From a virus: a stretch of DNA of 64,000 bases. Position 1 is the first letter of the stretch, and each line of letters opens with the position of its first letter. Where the stretch lies: IMG/VR virus record IMGVR_UViG_3300042673_001035, positions 32,001-96,000 of that record. One strand, given 5' to 3'. The position numbers were made by a program, and so were the translations under genes. Under the pieces are notes generated by a model. It was not told the origin of the DNA. It did not search any database and was given only the letters and a program-made list of their open reading frames with translations. Below are positions 47,700-56,922 of the stretch, one piece after another.

Positions 47700-48110
47700 T
47701 TATCTATCGTTATTTAATGTGAATAATTTTCTTTCAGTTTCGGTATAAGGTTTGAACCAACCTTTAATTACTCTATGTGTTAAATCATCTCCGTTACTAT
47801 CCTTATCATTGTATTCTTGTTTGACAATGGATAAAACTCTATCTAACAAATCATCAGCATCATATCTACATACCGAAATTAGTATGTGTAGTTTTTCTTC
47901 AATTTGTCTTTCAAAACTACGACCTCTCATATAAACATTGTGGTCATCACTCATCATATAAGAATAGTCGTGCAGTTTCACTTCATCCATAAACTCACCA
48001 TACAATTTACTTTCTTCATTATACGCATCATTGATAAATGCATCGTTATTTACTTTCATATTTTCTTTTTTTAATTGTTGTGCAAATGCAACTATTTGAT
48101 AATAATTCAT
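47700..48110 (-). CDS. Hypothetical protein
   Basis: HDYSYMMSDDHNVY.RG motif common in phage proteins. Confidence 0.6.
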   Translation of the reverse strand: MNYYQIVAFAQQLKKENMKVNNDAFINDAYNEESKLYGEFMDEVKLHDYSYMMSDDHNVYMRGRSFERQIEEKLHILISVCRYDADDLLDRVLSIVKQEYNDKDSNGDDLTHRVIKGWFKPYTETERKLFTLNNDR

Positions 48111-48111
48111 A

Positions 48112-48957
48112 CTATTTTATTTTAAGTTTACTTTGTGCTGCTTTTGTTATCATAGGATTAACATCATACACACTAAATTGACTATCCATTGGTATAATGA
48201 ATTTGTTGTTTGCTGTGTCAATCTTATTACGGACAAACTTAAACTTCAATCCTACAATAACACCTTGCTCATCCAAATATCTCATATCGTATTCATCACC
48301 ATCAATTACCTTATAACCCATAAATGATTTGGGTAATTGTTTACCTTCAAATACCATTGCAACTCTACCTTTATTTTCACTTAACAATTCTAATGATTGT
48401 AACATATTATAACCACTAAAAGAATAAGTCAAATCATAGTTAGGATATTTGTCCATTAACTTAAATCGTTTACTTACCTTTGTATAATCATAGAATTGAG
48501 TATCGTTAAACAATTCTAATATGTTTCGTTTACCATTTAATTTGAAAGTAGTAATGTCAATATCACTCGTACCATTGATACGAACTGAAAAACGATAACC
48601 TAATTGTTCCGCGTTGTACTTAGCTTTCTCAATTTCGGTAACTAACCAACTCATAAAGAAATTTCTATGTTCAAAGAACAATTTAGTTTTTGCAATCCTT
48701 GCTTTATTAATATTATTCTTTTTGACATCAATACGATTATGTCCACTTTCAGTTAAACACGCGGTACGACATTCTTCCGTACTCATAGGACAAACATTGT
48801 AACCCGATTGACTAGCGGGAGCGAGATACAAAATGTAAGTCATTTCGTTATACTTTAACCCTTTAGCGATTTTTGAACTACTCGCGACACTACCTAAATA
48901 AGATAACTTAGTTAATTTCTTCGCGGAACTAATTGTTGTAAATTTCATTGTATTCAT
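48112..48957 (-). CDS. GP88-family phage protein
   Basis: LYLAP...NVCP...CRTACL..SG, RINGTSDI, FYDYTK, YDLTYS, IDGDEYDMR, VGLKFK. Confidence 0.8.
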   Translation of the reverse strand: MNTMKFTTISSAKKLTKLSYLGSVASSSKIAKGLKYNEMTYILYLAPASQSGYNVCPMSTEECRTACLTESGHNRIDVKKNNINKARIAKTKLFFEHRNFFMSWLVTEIEKAKYNAEQLGYRFSVRINGTSDIDITTFKLNGKRNILELFNDTQFYDYTKVSKRFKLMDKYPNYDLTYSFSGYNMLQSLELLSENKGRVAMVFEGKQLPKSFMGYKVIDGDEYDMRYLDEQGVIVGLKFKFVRNKIDTANNKFIIPMDSQFSVYDVNPMITKAAQSKLKIK

Positions 48958-48974
48958 ATTATGATTTTTTTTAA

Positions 48975-49100
48975 TGTGAGTAGGTAGTCTTTCAACCCAA
49001 TAACCAAAGATACGACAATTTAGGGTACTGGCAATACCATTATGAAACTATTTTGAAAAGTTTTTATGGGCAATCAACGAGTTACATATATGTTTTTTTG
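48975..49100. repeat. About 125-bp imperfect direct repeat (promoter module), copy 2
   Basis: See 26078..26205; includes a perfect -7 element TATCTTTG at 49005..49012. Confidence 0.85.
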
Positions 49101-49104
49101 TAAT

Positions 49105-49236
49105 AAGCATAACTCATTGAGGGCCAATAAGTTAGAATTTGAGGTCTAAAGCGTTATGGGCCATTGGGTTATACATAGAAATAACCCCAATTCATAACTC
49201 GTTGATTATCAATAAGTTATAAAATGGGGTTATTTT
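49105..49236. promoter_or_regulatory. IHF-consensus palindrome array; last copy embedded in a long hairpin
   Basis: TAACTCATTGAGGGCCAATAAGTTA and TAACTCGTTGATTATCAATAAGTTA, the latter flanked by AAATAACCCCA/TGGGGTTATTT. Confidence 0.7.
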
Positions 49237-49268
49237 AGGGTATATTATAAATTTTTGTTATATGATTA

Positions 49269-50381
49269 TTATTCGTAACTTTTTCTATCAATATTCACTA
49301 CATACGGAAAACGAGGTATACCGGCCGGCGTTAAGTTGAAATACTTAATCGTTGCTTCCTTACCTATCAACTTCTTTTTGTTCTTTAACATTTCAGCAGT
49401 TTCTTCCCAAGAACCTTTTACATTACTTTTGAATCTATCACCATTTTCAGTTTCAAATACCATATATCCAGCGGTACCAGTTCGGTTTCCTTCCCCTTCC
49501 ACAATATCCAAAATAGTATATTCCTCATCTATGAATGACTTATGCTTCATTAAAGACTTACTTCTCTTATTTTCGTATTTTTTATCTAATCGTAACATCT
49601 GACCTTCGAATCCTTTATCTACATATTCACCATACAATTCCATCACTTCATCCTCATTGTTACAAGTATCGGTTTCAACTAATACACAATGTTTTTCAAA
49701 TGATTCTAATTCGGTATCAAACAATTCATCTAATGCATAACACCTTTCACCAAAGTTTTGGTCTTCACTTGGTATATCGTAAATCCAATACTGAATATTC
49801 TTTTTACTTTCTTTTAAGTCAGCATCCGTTGGTTTTGTTTTCTTTACCAACGATACAATCTTATTAAAGTCATTTGCGAACTTGTCAGCATATAACTCAC
49901 CATCCAATATCAATTCAGGATATGATTCAAATACTTCACTTAAACTTTCTATAATATGTGGTGCTGAAATGATTGGTTTACCATTACGACTAAACATTCC
50001 ATCTTTTGTAACGATACATCTAATACCATCCAATTTAGGTTGAGAGAATATTGGGTAAGTAATCTTATCTTTACTATCCTCCCACTTACTCGCTAACATT
50101 GGTTCAAAGTATTGTGTTTTGTTTATGTGTTTAATGTTCTCAAAGTAACCACTCTCTAATTTCTTTGTTCTCTTTGCAATAGCTTCTTTAAGAGCTTGTT
50201 CATTATCGGTAGTACCATTTGCCTTACCTTCGTTCTTACCATACACTAATGTCCATGCATTTGTAGTAATTATACCACCAACTTGTCCACTATGAGTTCG
50301 GTATTTATTATCCGATACTTCAATTGTCCATTCTTGTGTTGCACCCGTCTTTGTCTTTTTATATATTGTTTCTAATTTCAT
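49269..50381 (-). CDS. lig: ATP-dependent DNA ligase
   Basis: QPKLDGIRC (motif I), LDGELY, EGQMLR, KRSKSLMKHK, PRFP. Confidence 0.95.
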   Translation of the reverse strand: MKLETIYKKTKTGATQEWTIEVSDNKYRTHSGQVGGIITTNAWTLVYGKNEGKANGTTDNEQALKEAIAKRTKKLESGYFENIKHINKTQYFEPMLASKWEDSKDKITYPIFSQPKLDGIRCIVTKDGMFSRNGKPIISAPHIIESLSEVFESYPELILDGELYADKFANDFNKIVSLVKKTKPTDADLKESKKNIQYWIYDIPSEDQNFGERCYALDELFDTELESFEKHCVLVETDTCNNEDEVMELYGEYVDKGFEGQMLRLDKKYENKRSKSLMKHKSFIDEEYTILDIVEGEGNRTGTAGYMVFETENGDRFKSNVKGSWEETAEMLKNKKKLIGKEATIKYFNLTPAGIPRFPYVVNIDRKSYE

Positions 50382-52017
50382 AATCTATTTTGTTACTCTT
50401 TTTTGCATTTGGTATACCACCGACTAATCTTAAATTTTCAAAATCATTGGTACCACCATTGTCTATTGCTAAATCATGGTCAACTTCGTATCCAGTAGTT
50501 CTATCCGTATTATATACTTCTGAAAAAGGTATTTGTAAACCAGTTAATGTGTCTATTCCCTTTTGTTCATTCCAAAGTGCCAATCTAATTTCGGGTGTAT
50601 TAACATTTGCAGTTCTATCATCCTTTATAACAAAAAAGTTCACTTTGTTATTTTGTAAAAAATCAGATAAAAATAATTCTAAAGATTCAGACCATTCAAT
50701 TACACCCGTTTGTTTATCTCTATAAGTAAAATAACCTATACCACCACGATATGCGGCCCAATCACCTCTACCTTTACCTACTTTATAAATGTTACCTTTT
50801 TTTCTTTGTTGTTCCATCCATTTTGCATGTAATTTCATTACTCTTTCCCAACCTTTGTTATTTCCTGTTTTTTCATCAACGTCCGCGTCAATTAACGATG
50901 TAGCTATTTTATTTTGAACCATCCATTTAGCTATTGCAAAAATATCTACAAATAAAGCCTTATGATTTAAACTATTTGTTTGTGTGTTTGACAATTTGAT
51001 AAAAGTATTCCATATTTCATTTTCAAAAGTTGAAAAATATGAATCACGTGTTTCTTTCCAAAATTTGTCTAATCCACTTGCATTTAATTTTCTTCTACCA
51101 TTTTTAAGAGAGGTTTCATGTTGAAGATAGTACATACAAAATCCAACCATTTCGTGATGTGTTCTATCTAAAAGAGATGCTGAATTCATTTTTTGTTCAA
51201 AACACCTACTCAATTCTGGAGAAATGTTTCTAACAGAATTGGACATACCACAATCGAACGCGTTTCTAATATCCTGTCTATTTATAATTTCATTTAAGTT
51301 ATAATGAATAAATAAATTATGCATTTCCGGTTTGGTTATTTTTCCCCAAATTTCTATGTTAAATTTAATACTAGATGTATAATATTCATACATTTCAATT
51401 AGATTATTAATATCACTTTTATCCAATTCTATTTTTTTATTACCATTGTATTTAATTAAACCTTCTTTTTTAATTGTTTTTTCATCTTTAATTTGATATA
51501 GTGCAAATGATGGATATATGGATTTATTTTTAGACTTTTTTGTCATTAATGCAATTGTTCTTGTGAATTTTTTGTCTTTTGGTAAATCATTATAGTCCCA
51601 GGGATACTTTAAATTAAAGTTTTTATTGTGTATATCCGTTTTTGGCCCTTTGATATTATCTAATATTTGTTTTGTAAATCCTGAAATAAATAATGAGTTC
51701 CATGTAGTTCTAGAATTACCATCTAATGAAACATATTTATAACCATCTTTTTTTAATTTTGTAAAATATACAAATGATTCTAAATGATTTATTTCCTTTG
51801 AATATTCCAATGCACTATTTACACAAACAACACGTATTTCAACATTTCCAAGTCCGTCTATAACAGAGCTAAAGTATTGAAATCCCCTAATAGAAGCCCA
51901 TCTAGTCCATCTTTGGAAATCCAAATCAAGATAAGTTTCTAAAAAGAATTGAACCATCTCTTTTTGTGTCAACAATTTTGATTCTTTAATTCTATCTTCT
52001 TTGAATAAACTATTCAT
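50359..52017 (-). CDS. DUF262/ParB-like + HNH protein (GmrSD-like)
   Basis: FQRWTRW, LDGNSR, LFIHYN; C-terminal EVDH...GGTN...NL...NAKKSNK. Confidence 0.7.
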   Translation of the reverse strand: MNSLFKEDRIKESKLLTQKEMVQFFLETYLDLDFQRWTRWASIRGFQYFSSVIDGLGNVEIRVVCVNSALEYSKEINHLESFVYFTKLKKDGYKYVSLDGNSRTTWNSLFISGFTKQILDNIKGPKTDIHNKNFNLKYPWDYNDLPKDKKFTRTIALMTKKSKNKSIYPSFALYQIKDEKTIKKEGLIKYNGNKKIELDKSDINNLIEMYEYYTSSIKFNIEIWGKITKPEMHNLFIHYNLNEIINRQDIRNAFDCGMSNSVRNISPELSRCFEQKMNSASLLDRTHHEMVGFCMYYLQHETSLKNGRRKLNASGLDKFWKETRDSYFSTFENEIWNTFIKLSNTQTNSLNHKALFVDIFAIAKWMVQNKIATSLIDADVDEKTGNNKGWERVMKLHAKWMEQQRKKGNIYKVGKGRGDWAAYRGGIGYFTYRDKQTGVIEWSESLELFLSDFLQNNKVNFFVIKDDRTANVNTPEIRLALWNEQKGIDTLTGLQIPFSEVYNTDRTTGYEVDHDLAIDNGGTNDFENLRLVGGIPNAKKSNKIDYEIRNNI

Positions 52018-52039
52018 AATTATTTTTTTTTAATTTTTT

Positions 52040-52071
52040 GAAAGGTAATAATAATTTTTTACATTTCCAAA
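52040..52071 (-). promoter_or_regulatory. Bacteroidota-type promoter
   Basis: Minus strand TTTG-N20-TACCTTTC. Confidence 0.55.
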
Positions 52072-52082
52072 TTTATTTTACA

Positions 52083-52424
52083 TTAATTTGTTTTTTGATT
52101 TTCCCACCAATATTTTGTTGTTCGTAACACTTCGGATATTTCAACTAATAAGGATGTAAAATGTTGTATTTCGGCTAAAACAAGTCTCCTTTCCGTTGCT
52201 ACTTGTAATCCCATAGTAAATAATCCATATGTTCCATCAAACTCATTACGAACTAAATGAACTTCTTGTGGTGCATTCCATCCACCAAAACCACTATCAT
52301 GTATATCAAATTCAAATACATATGCACCTTGTCCGACACTATTTGTAAATTCTCTTACATGATAAATCGGTCTACCATAACAGGTCATATTTATTACCTT
52401 ATCTATATTCTTAATTGTTAACAT
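52083..52424 (-). CDS. MLTIKN-family paralog
   Basis: MLTIKNIDKV...IYHVRE...YVF...VHLVR...YGL. Confidence 0.7.
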   Translation of the reverse strand: MLTIKNIDKVINMTCYGRPIYHVREFTNSVGQGAYVFEFDIHDSGFGGWNAPQEVHLVRNEFDGTYGLFTMGLQVATERRLVLAEIQHFTSLLVEISEVLRTTKYWWENQKTN

Positions 52425-52425
52425 A

Positions 52426-52716
52426 CTATAAATCTTTTAATGCTTCTGTAAATGTAAATTTCATATTCCTAATTATACCAAAGTATTTAGCTGATATCCA
52501 ATGGTTGTCAAATTTACCATTATCAACTCTATACATATTTACATTTTGTTCACTATCCCATTTTGGGTATCTATATACATCAACATATACCCACCTACTG
52601 GTTTCCTTAAATGCAAATCTATACTTCTCATAAAATATTTCAACACCTCTTAATGTAAATCTACCATCTACAAAATTCATTCCTTTTATATCATCTGGGT
52701 TTTTAATCACTAACAT
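52426..52716 (-). CDS. MLTIKN-family paralog
   Basis: MLVIKNPDDI...LRGVE...YRF...VDVYR...YRV. Confidence 0.7.
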   Translation of the reverse strand: MLVIKNPDDIKGMNFVDGRFTLRGVEIFYEKYRFAFKETSRWVYVDVYRYPKWDSEQNVNMYRVDNGKFDNHWISAKYFGIIRNMKFTFTEALKDL

Positions 52717-52717
52717 A

Positions 52718-53086
52718 TTATATTGATTTTGCCATATTATAAAATACTTTTTTTAGTCCACCTAATGAACTCAATTTTGATTTAGTAACCATTACTTTTG
52801 TCAAAACAACATCACGACCTTTTGGGCGGGGTTCAATCATATGTACGTGTGCGGGTTCACCATTTGCATCGGTGGTGGGTATAAACAAATCGATAGTTAT
52901 TCTTTCTGGAACCGAATAGTTTTGTTTTACTTCACTTAAAGAAATAGTGTAATCTTTACCACCCGGTGAGGATGCTATTTCGGAAACATCTGTGCAAACA
53001 TACATTTGTGTTGCTGCATTGAATAAAGGAATATTAAACTCCATATCAATTAAACTATTCGGACTTTTTTTTGTCATCTTTCTCAT
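52718..53086 (-). CDS. Hypothetical protein, possible diverged MLTIKN-family member
   Basis: DVSE...YTI...ITIDL; adjacent to two family members. Confidence 0.5.
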   Translation of the reverse strand: MRKMTKKSPNSLIDMEFNIPLFNAATQMYVCTDVSEIASSPGGKDYTISLSEVKQNYSVPERITIDLFIPTTDANGEPAHVHMIEPRPKGRDVVLTKVMVTKSKLSSLGGLKKVFYNMAKSI

Positions 53087-53607
53087 TATCTATTTAGTTT
53101 TGTTATACATTCATCAACCTTATCTCTTAATTTACCACCATATCCAAAATCACCATTAACTTGTACATGCCTCCATTGTGGAATACCTAATGACTTATAT
53201 CCAAAGTTTAACTTCATATCATCAATAGAAATCCAATTGGTAGGTTTGAATGACTTAACCCACATTTCAATCTCACATGCTCTATCCCATTCTAACGATG
53301 AACTCATTTTCTTTTTGGGATTAAAGTTTGTTGTAGTATCTAATAAGTTCCACCTACCAATACCATAGTGTTCAAATATCATACTCAACTGAATAAAACC
53401 ATAATGCTTTTTCCAGTCAGACGATACTACTAATCTTGCATCAGTTTGTTTTATAATCTCACTCAATGCATCACACTCAGCTTTGTCCCATGCGTAAGGT
53501 ATTGTAAACTCATTCATCGTTCCTTCCATTATTTTCACTTTACCATCTCCCCAATTACCCCACGATAATGGGCCATCTATGTCTATGAATATTGCTTTAC
53601 CTCTCAT
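53086..53607 (-). CDS. HAD-family phosphatase (Swiss Army Knife RNA-repair type)
   Basis: IFIDIDGPL, VVSSDWK, RACEI..W, WISIDD. Confidence 0.85.
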   Translation of the reverse strand: MRGKAIFIDIDGPLSWGNWGDGKVKIMEGTMNEFTIPYAWDKAECDALSEIIKQTDARLVVSSDWKKHYGFIQLSMIFEHYGIGRWNLLDTTTNFNPKKKMSSSLEWDRACEIEMWVKSFKPTNWISIDDMKLNFGYKSLGIPQWRHVQVNGDFGYGGKLRDKVDECITKLNR

Positions 53608-53610
53608 AAC

Positions 53611-53826
53611 TTATTTCATTATCTTATTAACTAATTCATTCCATTCTTGTCTTTCTATCTTGTCTGCATTAAACATTTCAAACTCATCTTCATCTTTATT
53701 ATTTCTCAATGTTATGATATGATAGTCATCTGCTAATGGTGACTTAAATAATGTATCTTTACATTTTGAAAATTCATAATCATCCATTGACATACGAAAC
53801 TTCATTATGAATATTGGTTTTGCCAT
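53611..53826 (-). CDS. Hypothetical protein
   Basis: 71-aa ORF. Confidence 0.55.
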   Translation of the reverse strand: MAKPIFIMKFRMSMDDYEFSKCKDTLFKSPLADDYHIITLRNNKDEDEFEMFNADKIERQEWNELVNKIMK

Positions 53827-53834
53827 AATCTATT

Positions 53835-54152
53835 TTATTTATTTGTTACATTATCCCAATCATACAATACCTCTTTCAAATAGTTGAGTAATGTGAATGG
53901 GTCTTTTACATCATGCAATCCAAAATTATATTCTAATGGTGTAGAATTTATATCATCCCATAATTTCATTTTATATGAATCGTTATCACCTTTATCGGGA
54001 TATCTACTCATATGAACTTTGAAATTGGTTGAATAAATATTATCATGTTCAAATATAAATTGATAATAATCAGGTTCACATTCCCAACCCATCACTTCAA
54101 TATTTTGTGAATTGATTGATAATATTTTTTCTATATTGTTTATTGTTATCAT
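53835..54152 (-). CDS. MLTIKN-family paralog
   Basis: MITINNIEKI...VMGWE...YQF...VHMSR...YKM. Confidence 0.7.
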   Translation of the reverse strand: MITINNIEKILSINSQNIEVMGWECEPDYYQFIFEHDNIYSTNFKVHMSRYPDKGDNDSYKMKLWDDINSTPLEYNFGLHDVKDPFTLLNYLKEVLYDWDNVTNK

Positions 54153-54153
54153 A

Positions 54154-54456
54154 TTATTTTTTTAATAGTTCATCCATATGCTCTAATAATACCCATTGGT
54201 TTTCAATATCTTTTTTTGGTATCTTTAATCTTTTAGTTTTAACTCTACGAGATGGTTTTGGTGATGGTTGTCTTATCCATAATTCATAATCACCATTAAT
54301 ACCCAATCGTTCTAAACATATTGTAAAACGTGGGTTTTTATCATCATATAAAATTATAGTATATTGCGTTGGTAATTCATCCACACCTACAATTTTATGG
54401 CCTTTATCACCCACATGTTGTCCACATATCTCACTATAATTCTTTATTGTTAACAT
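54154..54456 (-). CDS. MLTIKN-family paralog
   Basis: MLTIKNYSEI...IVGVDE...YTI...ICLER...YEL. Confidence 0.7.
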   Translation of the reverse strand: MLTIKNYSEICGQHVGDKGHKIVGVDELPTQYTIILYDDKNPRFTICLERLGINGDYELWIRQPSPKPSRRVKTKRLKIPKKDIENQWVLLEHMDELLKK

Positions 54457-54457
54457 A

Positions 54458-54721
54458 CTATAATTTTTGTATTTTTTCCATTACTTCGGTTACATCTATT
54501 GGTCTTAAATAACCAATCACATCATCCGTAATTGGTGTATCGTAACATATCTCACCATCTTTGAAAACTGCTAATTCATATAATCCTGTTTCACCACCAT
54601 AAGAGTATTTACTTTTCACTACTGATACTTCATACCCATTGTCAAATTTTGTTCTACTTACAATTCCATATTCTTCACCCATTGGGTTTGATTTGAATAT
54701 TATGTCGTTAAATGTTTTCAT
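54458..54721 (-). CDS. Conserved phage protein of unknown function
   Basis: [10 protein letters not shown]...SYGG..GLYELAV...DVIGYL, a common phage family. Confidence 0.7.
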   Translation of the reverse strand: MKTFNDIIFKSNPMGEEYGIVSRTKFDNGYEVSVVKSKYSYGGETGLYELAVFKDGEICYDTPITDDVIGYLRPIDVTEVMEKIQKL

Positions 54722-54722
54722 T

Positions 54723-55316
54723 TTAAATACTTTGTTCTTTATATAATTTTAATAATCTTTCACTCATCTGTGTATATCTCATATTGAATTTGTTACTCAT
54801 TTTAGATACAATCATTTGGTTTGTGTAAGGTGCGTTATTAGGATTTGACCACTTACGAGAATGATACATATAGTTGTAAAACATCACATACGCATTTGCC
54901 TTTCTAATGTAATCATCTATGTCAATGTTTAAACCCCACTTCTTCATTAAAGCAACCGACCTCTTTTCGTTATCCAATTCCAAGTCTCTACTTTTAGCAA
55001 GTGCTGTTTTGATACCTCTCACATTTTTACCATCTAACCATTCTTCAACTTTCTCTAAACCTTTACAACCATCAGTCCATACTTTCACTCCTTCCAACCA
55101 TTGTGTCATGTGACAATATTCATGTACGACTACACCCAACGAATCATTACTATTCATAGCAACTACTAATTCTTTACTTTCTTCGTCAAAGTAACCACTA
55201 CATCTAATATTACCACTTAACTTCAAATACTTCACTTTGCGTAAATCACACTTTACACCATTCTCTTTACATTGTTTTTTCACCCATTGTATAAATCTCT
55301 TTTCTTTTGCTCTCAT
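54723..55316 (-). CDS. Zincin-like metallopeptidase (HEXXH)
   Basis: [24 protein letters not shown]. Confidence 0.7.
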   Translation of the reverse strand: MRAKEKRFIQWVKKQCKENGVKCDLRKVKYLKLSGNIRCSGYFDEESKELVVAMNSNDSLGVVVHEYCHMTQWLEGVKVWTDGCKGLEKVEEWLDGKNVRGIKTALAKSRDLELDNEKRSVALMKKWGLNIDIDDYIRKANAYVMFYNYMYHSRKWSNPNNAPYTNQMIVSKMSNKFNMRYTQMSERLLKLYKEQSI

Positions 55317-55346
55317 ATAATTTTTTTCGTTACCAAATTGGTAGAT

Positions 55347-55382
55347 AAAATGATAGGGGATAGAACTTAATCTACCCCCTAC
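55347..55382 (-). terminator. Probable terminator hairpin
   Basis: TAGGGGGTAGA/TCTATCCCCTA stem followed by TCATTTT, after the AAA gene. Confidence 0.6.
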
Positions 55383-55403
55383 ACATTCTCACCATTAAAA
55401 CTA

Positions 55404-56696
55404 CTACCAAACGATAGTTTCGTCATCGGTTGTCTCATCATCTTTCACTTCATTGAAAAGTTGAGACTCATCATCCGACTTAATATATTTTTGTAGTAAT
55501 TGAGTCATAAATACTCTCTCACTATCTAATCCACCATCATTACTGAAATAAGGTAAGATTGCAATGTTTGCTGCTTCAAACAATGTGAAACCATCATAGA
55601 TAAGTCCAGCAGCTTCTACATTCACACGGGTAGAAACGATAGTTGAAATCTTACTTGCGTCAGTCTTAATCAATTGACGAGTAGTGTCAGCAATCTCTGC
55701 TAATGCGTTCAATGAATACTCATCAGCTTCAGGAAACTTAAACTTCAATAAGGCAAGTTCACCCTCTTTGTCCAATAAGTCCATTTCAATTTGAACAAAT
55801 CTATCCATCAATGCTCTATCCATTACTCTCGTAGCGGTGTATTCTCCACCAATATTGGCCGTCGCGATAAACGTCACGCCATTTGCAACTTTTACAATTG
55901 GTGAACCTTCCGCCTCATCCAAACGTAAGTATCTTTGACCAGCATCTAACACAGTCATTAAGATATTCGCAGCTTCTGGGTGAGCTCTACTCAACTCATC
56001 CAATAAGATAATTGCGTTCGGTGTTTTGATTGCTTTAACGAATGCTGATTCACTAAAGAAAGTACCACTCTCTTTGTTGAAATGTGTGTTACCGATTAAG
56101 GTTGCTCTCGCATCTTGTGTAGCACCTAAGTTGAAATAGAAATCAGGTCGTTTCAAAGACTTCACTAACGATTGTGCAGCTAATGTCTTACCACAACCCG
56201 TTGGACCTGTCATTAAGATATTCTTACCTCTAACTGCTGAACGGAGTAAATACTTCCACTTCAATTCTTCAATGAATAGTCCGTTTGGTTTTAAGTCCTT
56301 ACCCTTTGTATGGATAAATTCTTTTAGTAAGTCATGTGTTTCAAATGCTTCTTGTACTGAATCACACGCCTCATCCGATATAGTAGCTGAATGTTTTTTG
56401 AACTCATCCATCTCTACCATTTTGTAGGATAACTTACCTGTTTTACCTATGTAAGCTTGGATTGCTTTATTCTCATCCATTGCTTTTTTCATAGTTTGTT
56501 TACTTACACCGGCTAACTTAGTTACCGGTTGATTGTTTGTGGTTAACATTGCAAATGTTCTACCGACTTGAATTACTTTGTAAATTTCATTTGTGAAACC
56601 CACTGTGAAATCTTTCACTTTTGTTGTTGTTCTTTTTACCATTGTTTTTGTAGTTTTAACTTTATTAACTTTTTTGTTAGTTTGATTAGTTCGCAT
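55404..56696 (-). CDS. MoxR/CbbQ/CobS-type AAA+ ATPase
   Basis: Walker A GPTGCGKT, Walker B ILLDE, ATAN, DRALMDRF, STR. Confidence 0.9.
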   Translation of the reverse strand: MRTNQTNKKVNKVKTTKTMVKRTTTKVKDFTVGFTNEIYKVIQVGRTFAMLTTNNQPVTKLAGVSKQTMKKAMDENKAIQAYIGKTGKLSYKMVEMDEFKKHSATISDEACDSVQEAFETHDLLKEFIHTKGKDLKPNGLFIEELKWKYLLRSAVRGKNILMTGPTGCGKTLAAQSLVKSLKRPDFYFNLGATQDARATLIGNTHFNKESGTFFSESAFVKAIKTPNAIILLDELSRAHPEAANILMTVLDAGQRYLRLDEAEGSPIVKVANGVTFIATANIGGEYTATRVMDRALMDRFVQIEMDLLDKEGELALLKFKFPEADEYSLNALAEIADTTRQLIKTDASKISTIVSTRVNVEAAGLIYDGFTLFEAANIAILPYFSNDGGLDSERVFMTQLLQKYIKSDDESQLFNEVKDDETTDDETIVW

Positions 56697-56729
56697 AACT
56701 TTATAATGTTTAATTGGTGAATTGTTTAC

Positions 56730-56761
56730 ACAATATACGACTTTTTTCCCGTATCACCAAA
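56730..56761 (-). promoter_or_regulatory. Bacteroidota-type promoter
   Basis: Minus strand TTTG-N20-TATATTGT. Confidence 0.7.
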
Positions 56762-56769
56762 TCTATTTT

Positions 56770-56866
56770 TAATTGATTGATTATTAATGAGTTATAGGCA
56801 GTAAAAAGACCTAATACATAACTCATTGATTATCAACGGATTAGTGTTTTTAGGTCTTTTTTACCT
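56770..56866. promoter_or_regulatory. IHF-consensus palindromes; second copy inside a long inverted repeat
   Basis: TAATTGATTGATTATTAATGAGTTA and TAACTCATTGATTATCAACGGATTA, the latter flanked by AAAAAGACCTAA/TTAGGTCTTTTT. Confidence 0.7.
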
Positions 56867-56922
56867 ATATTTGTGAAAAATGGGACCCGAAAGTCCCAAA
56901 TTTCACTTTGGGCTTTCCGAGC

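Noticed and set aside
28178-54456. MLTIKN family or peptide tail as products of a diversity-generating retroelement
   Set aside because: No reverse transcriptase in the window and no near-identical TR/VR pair differing only at adenines was seen
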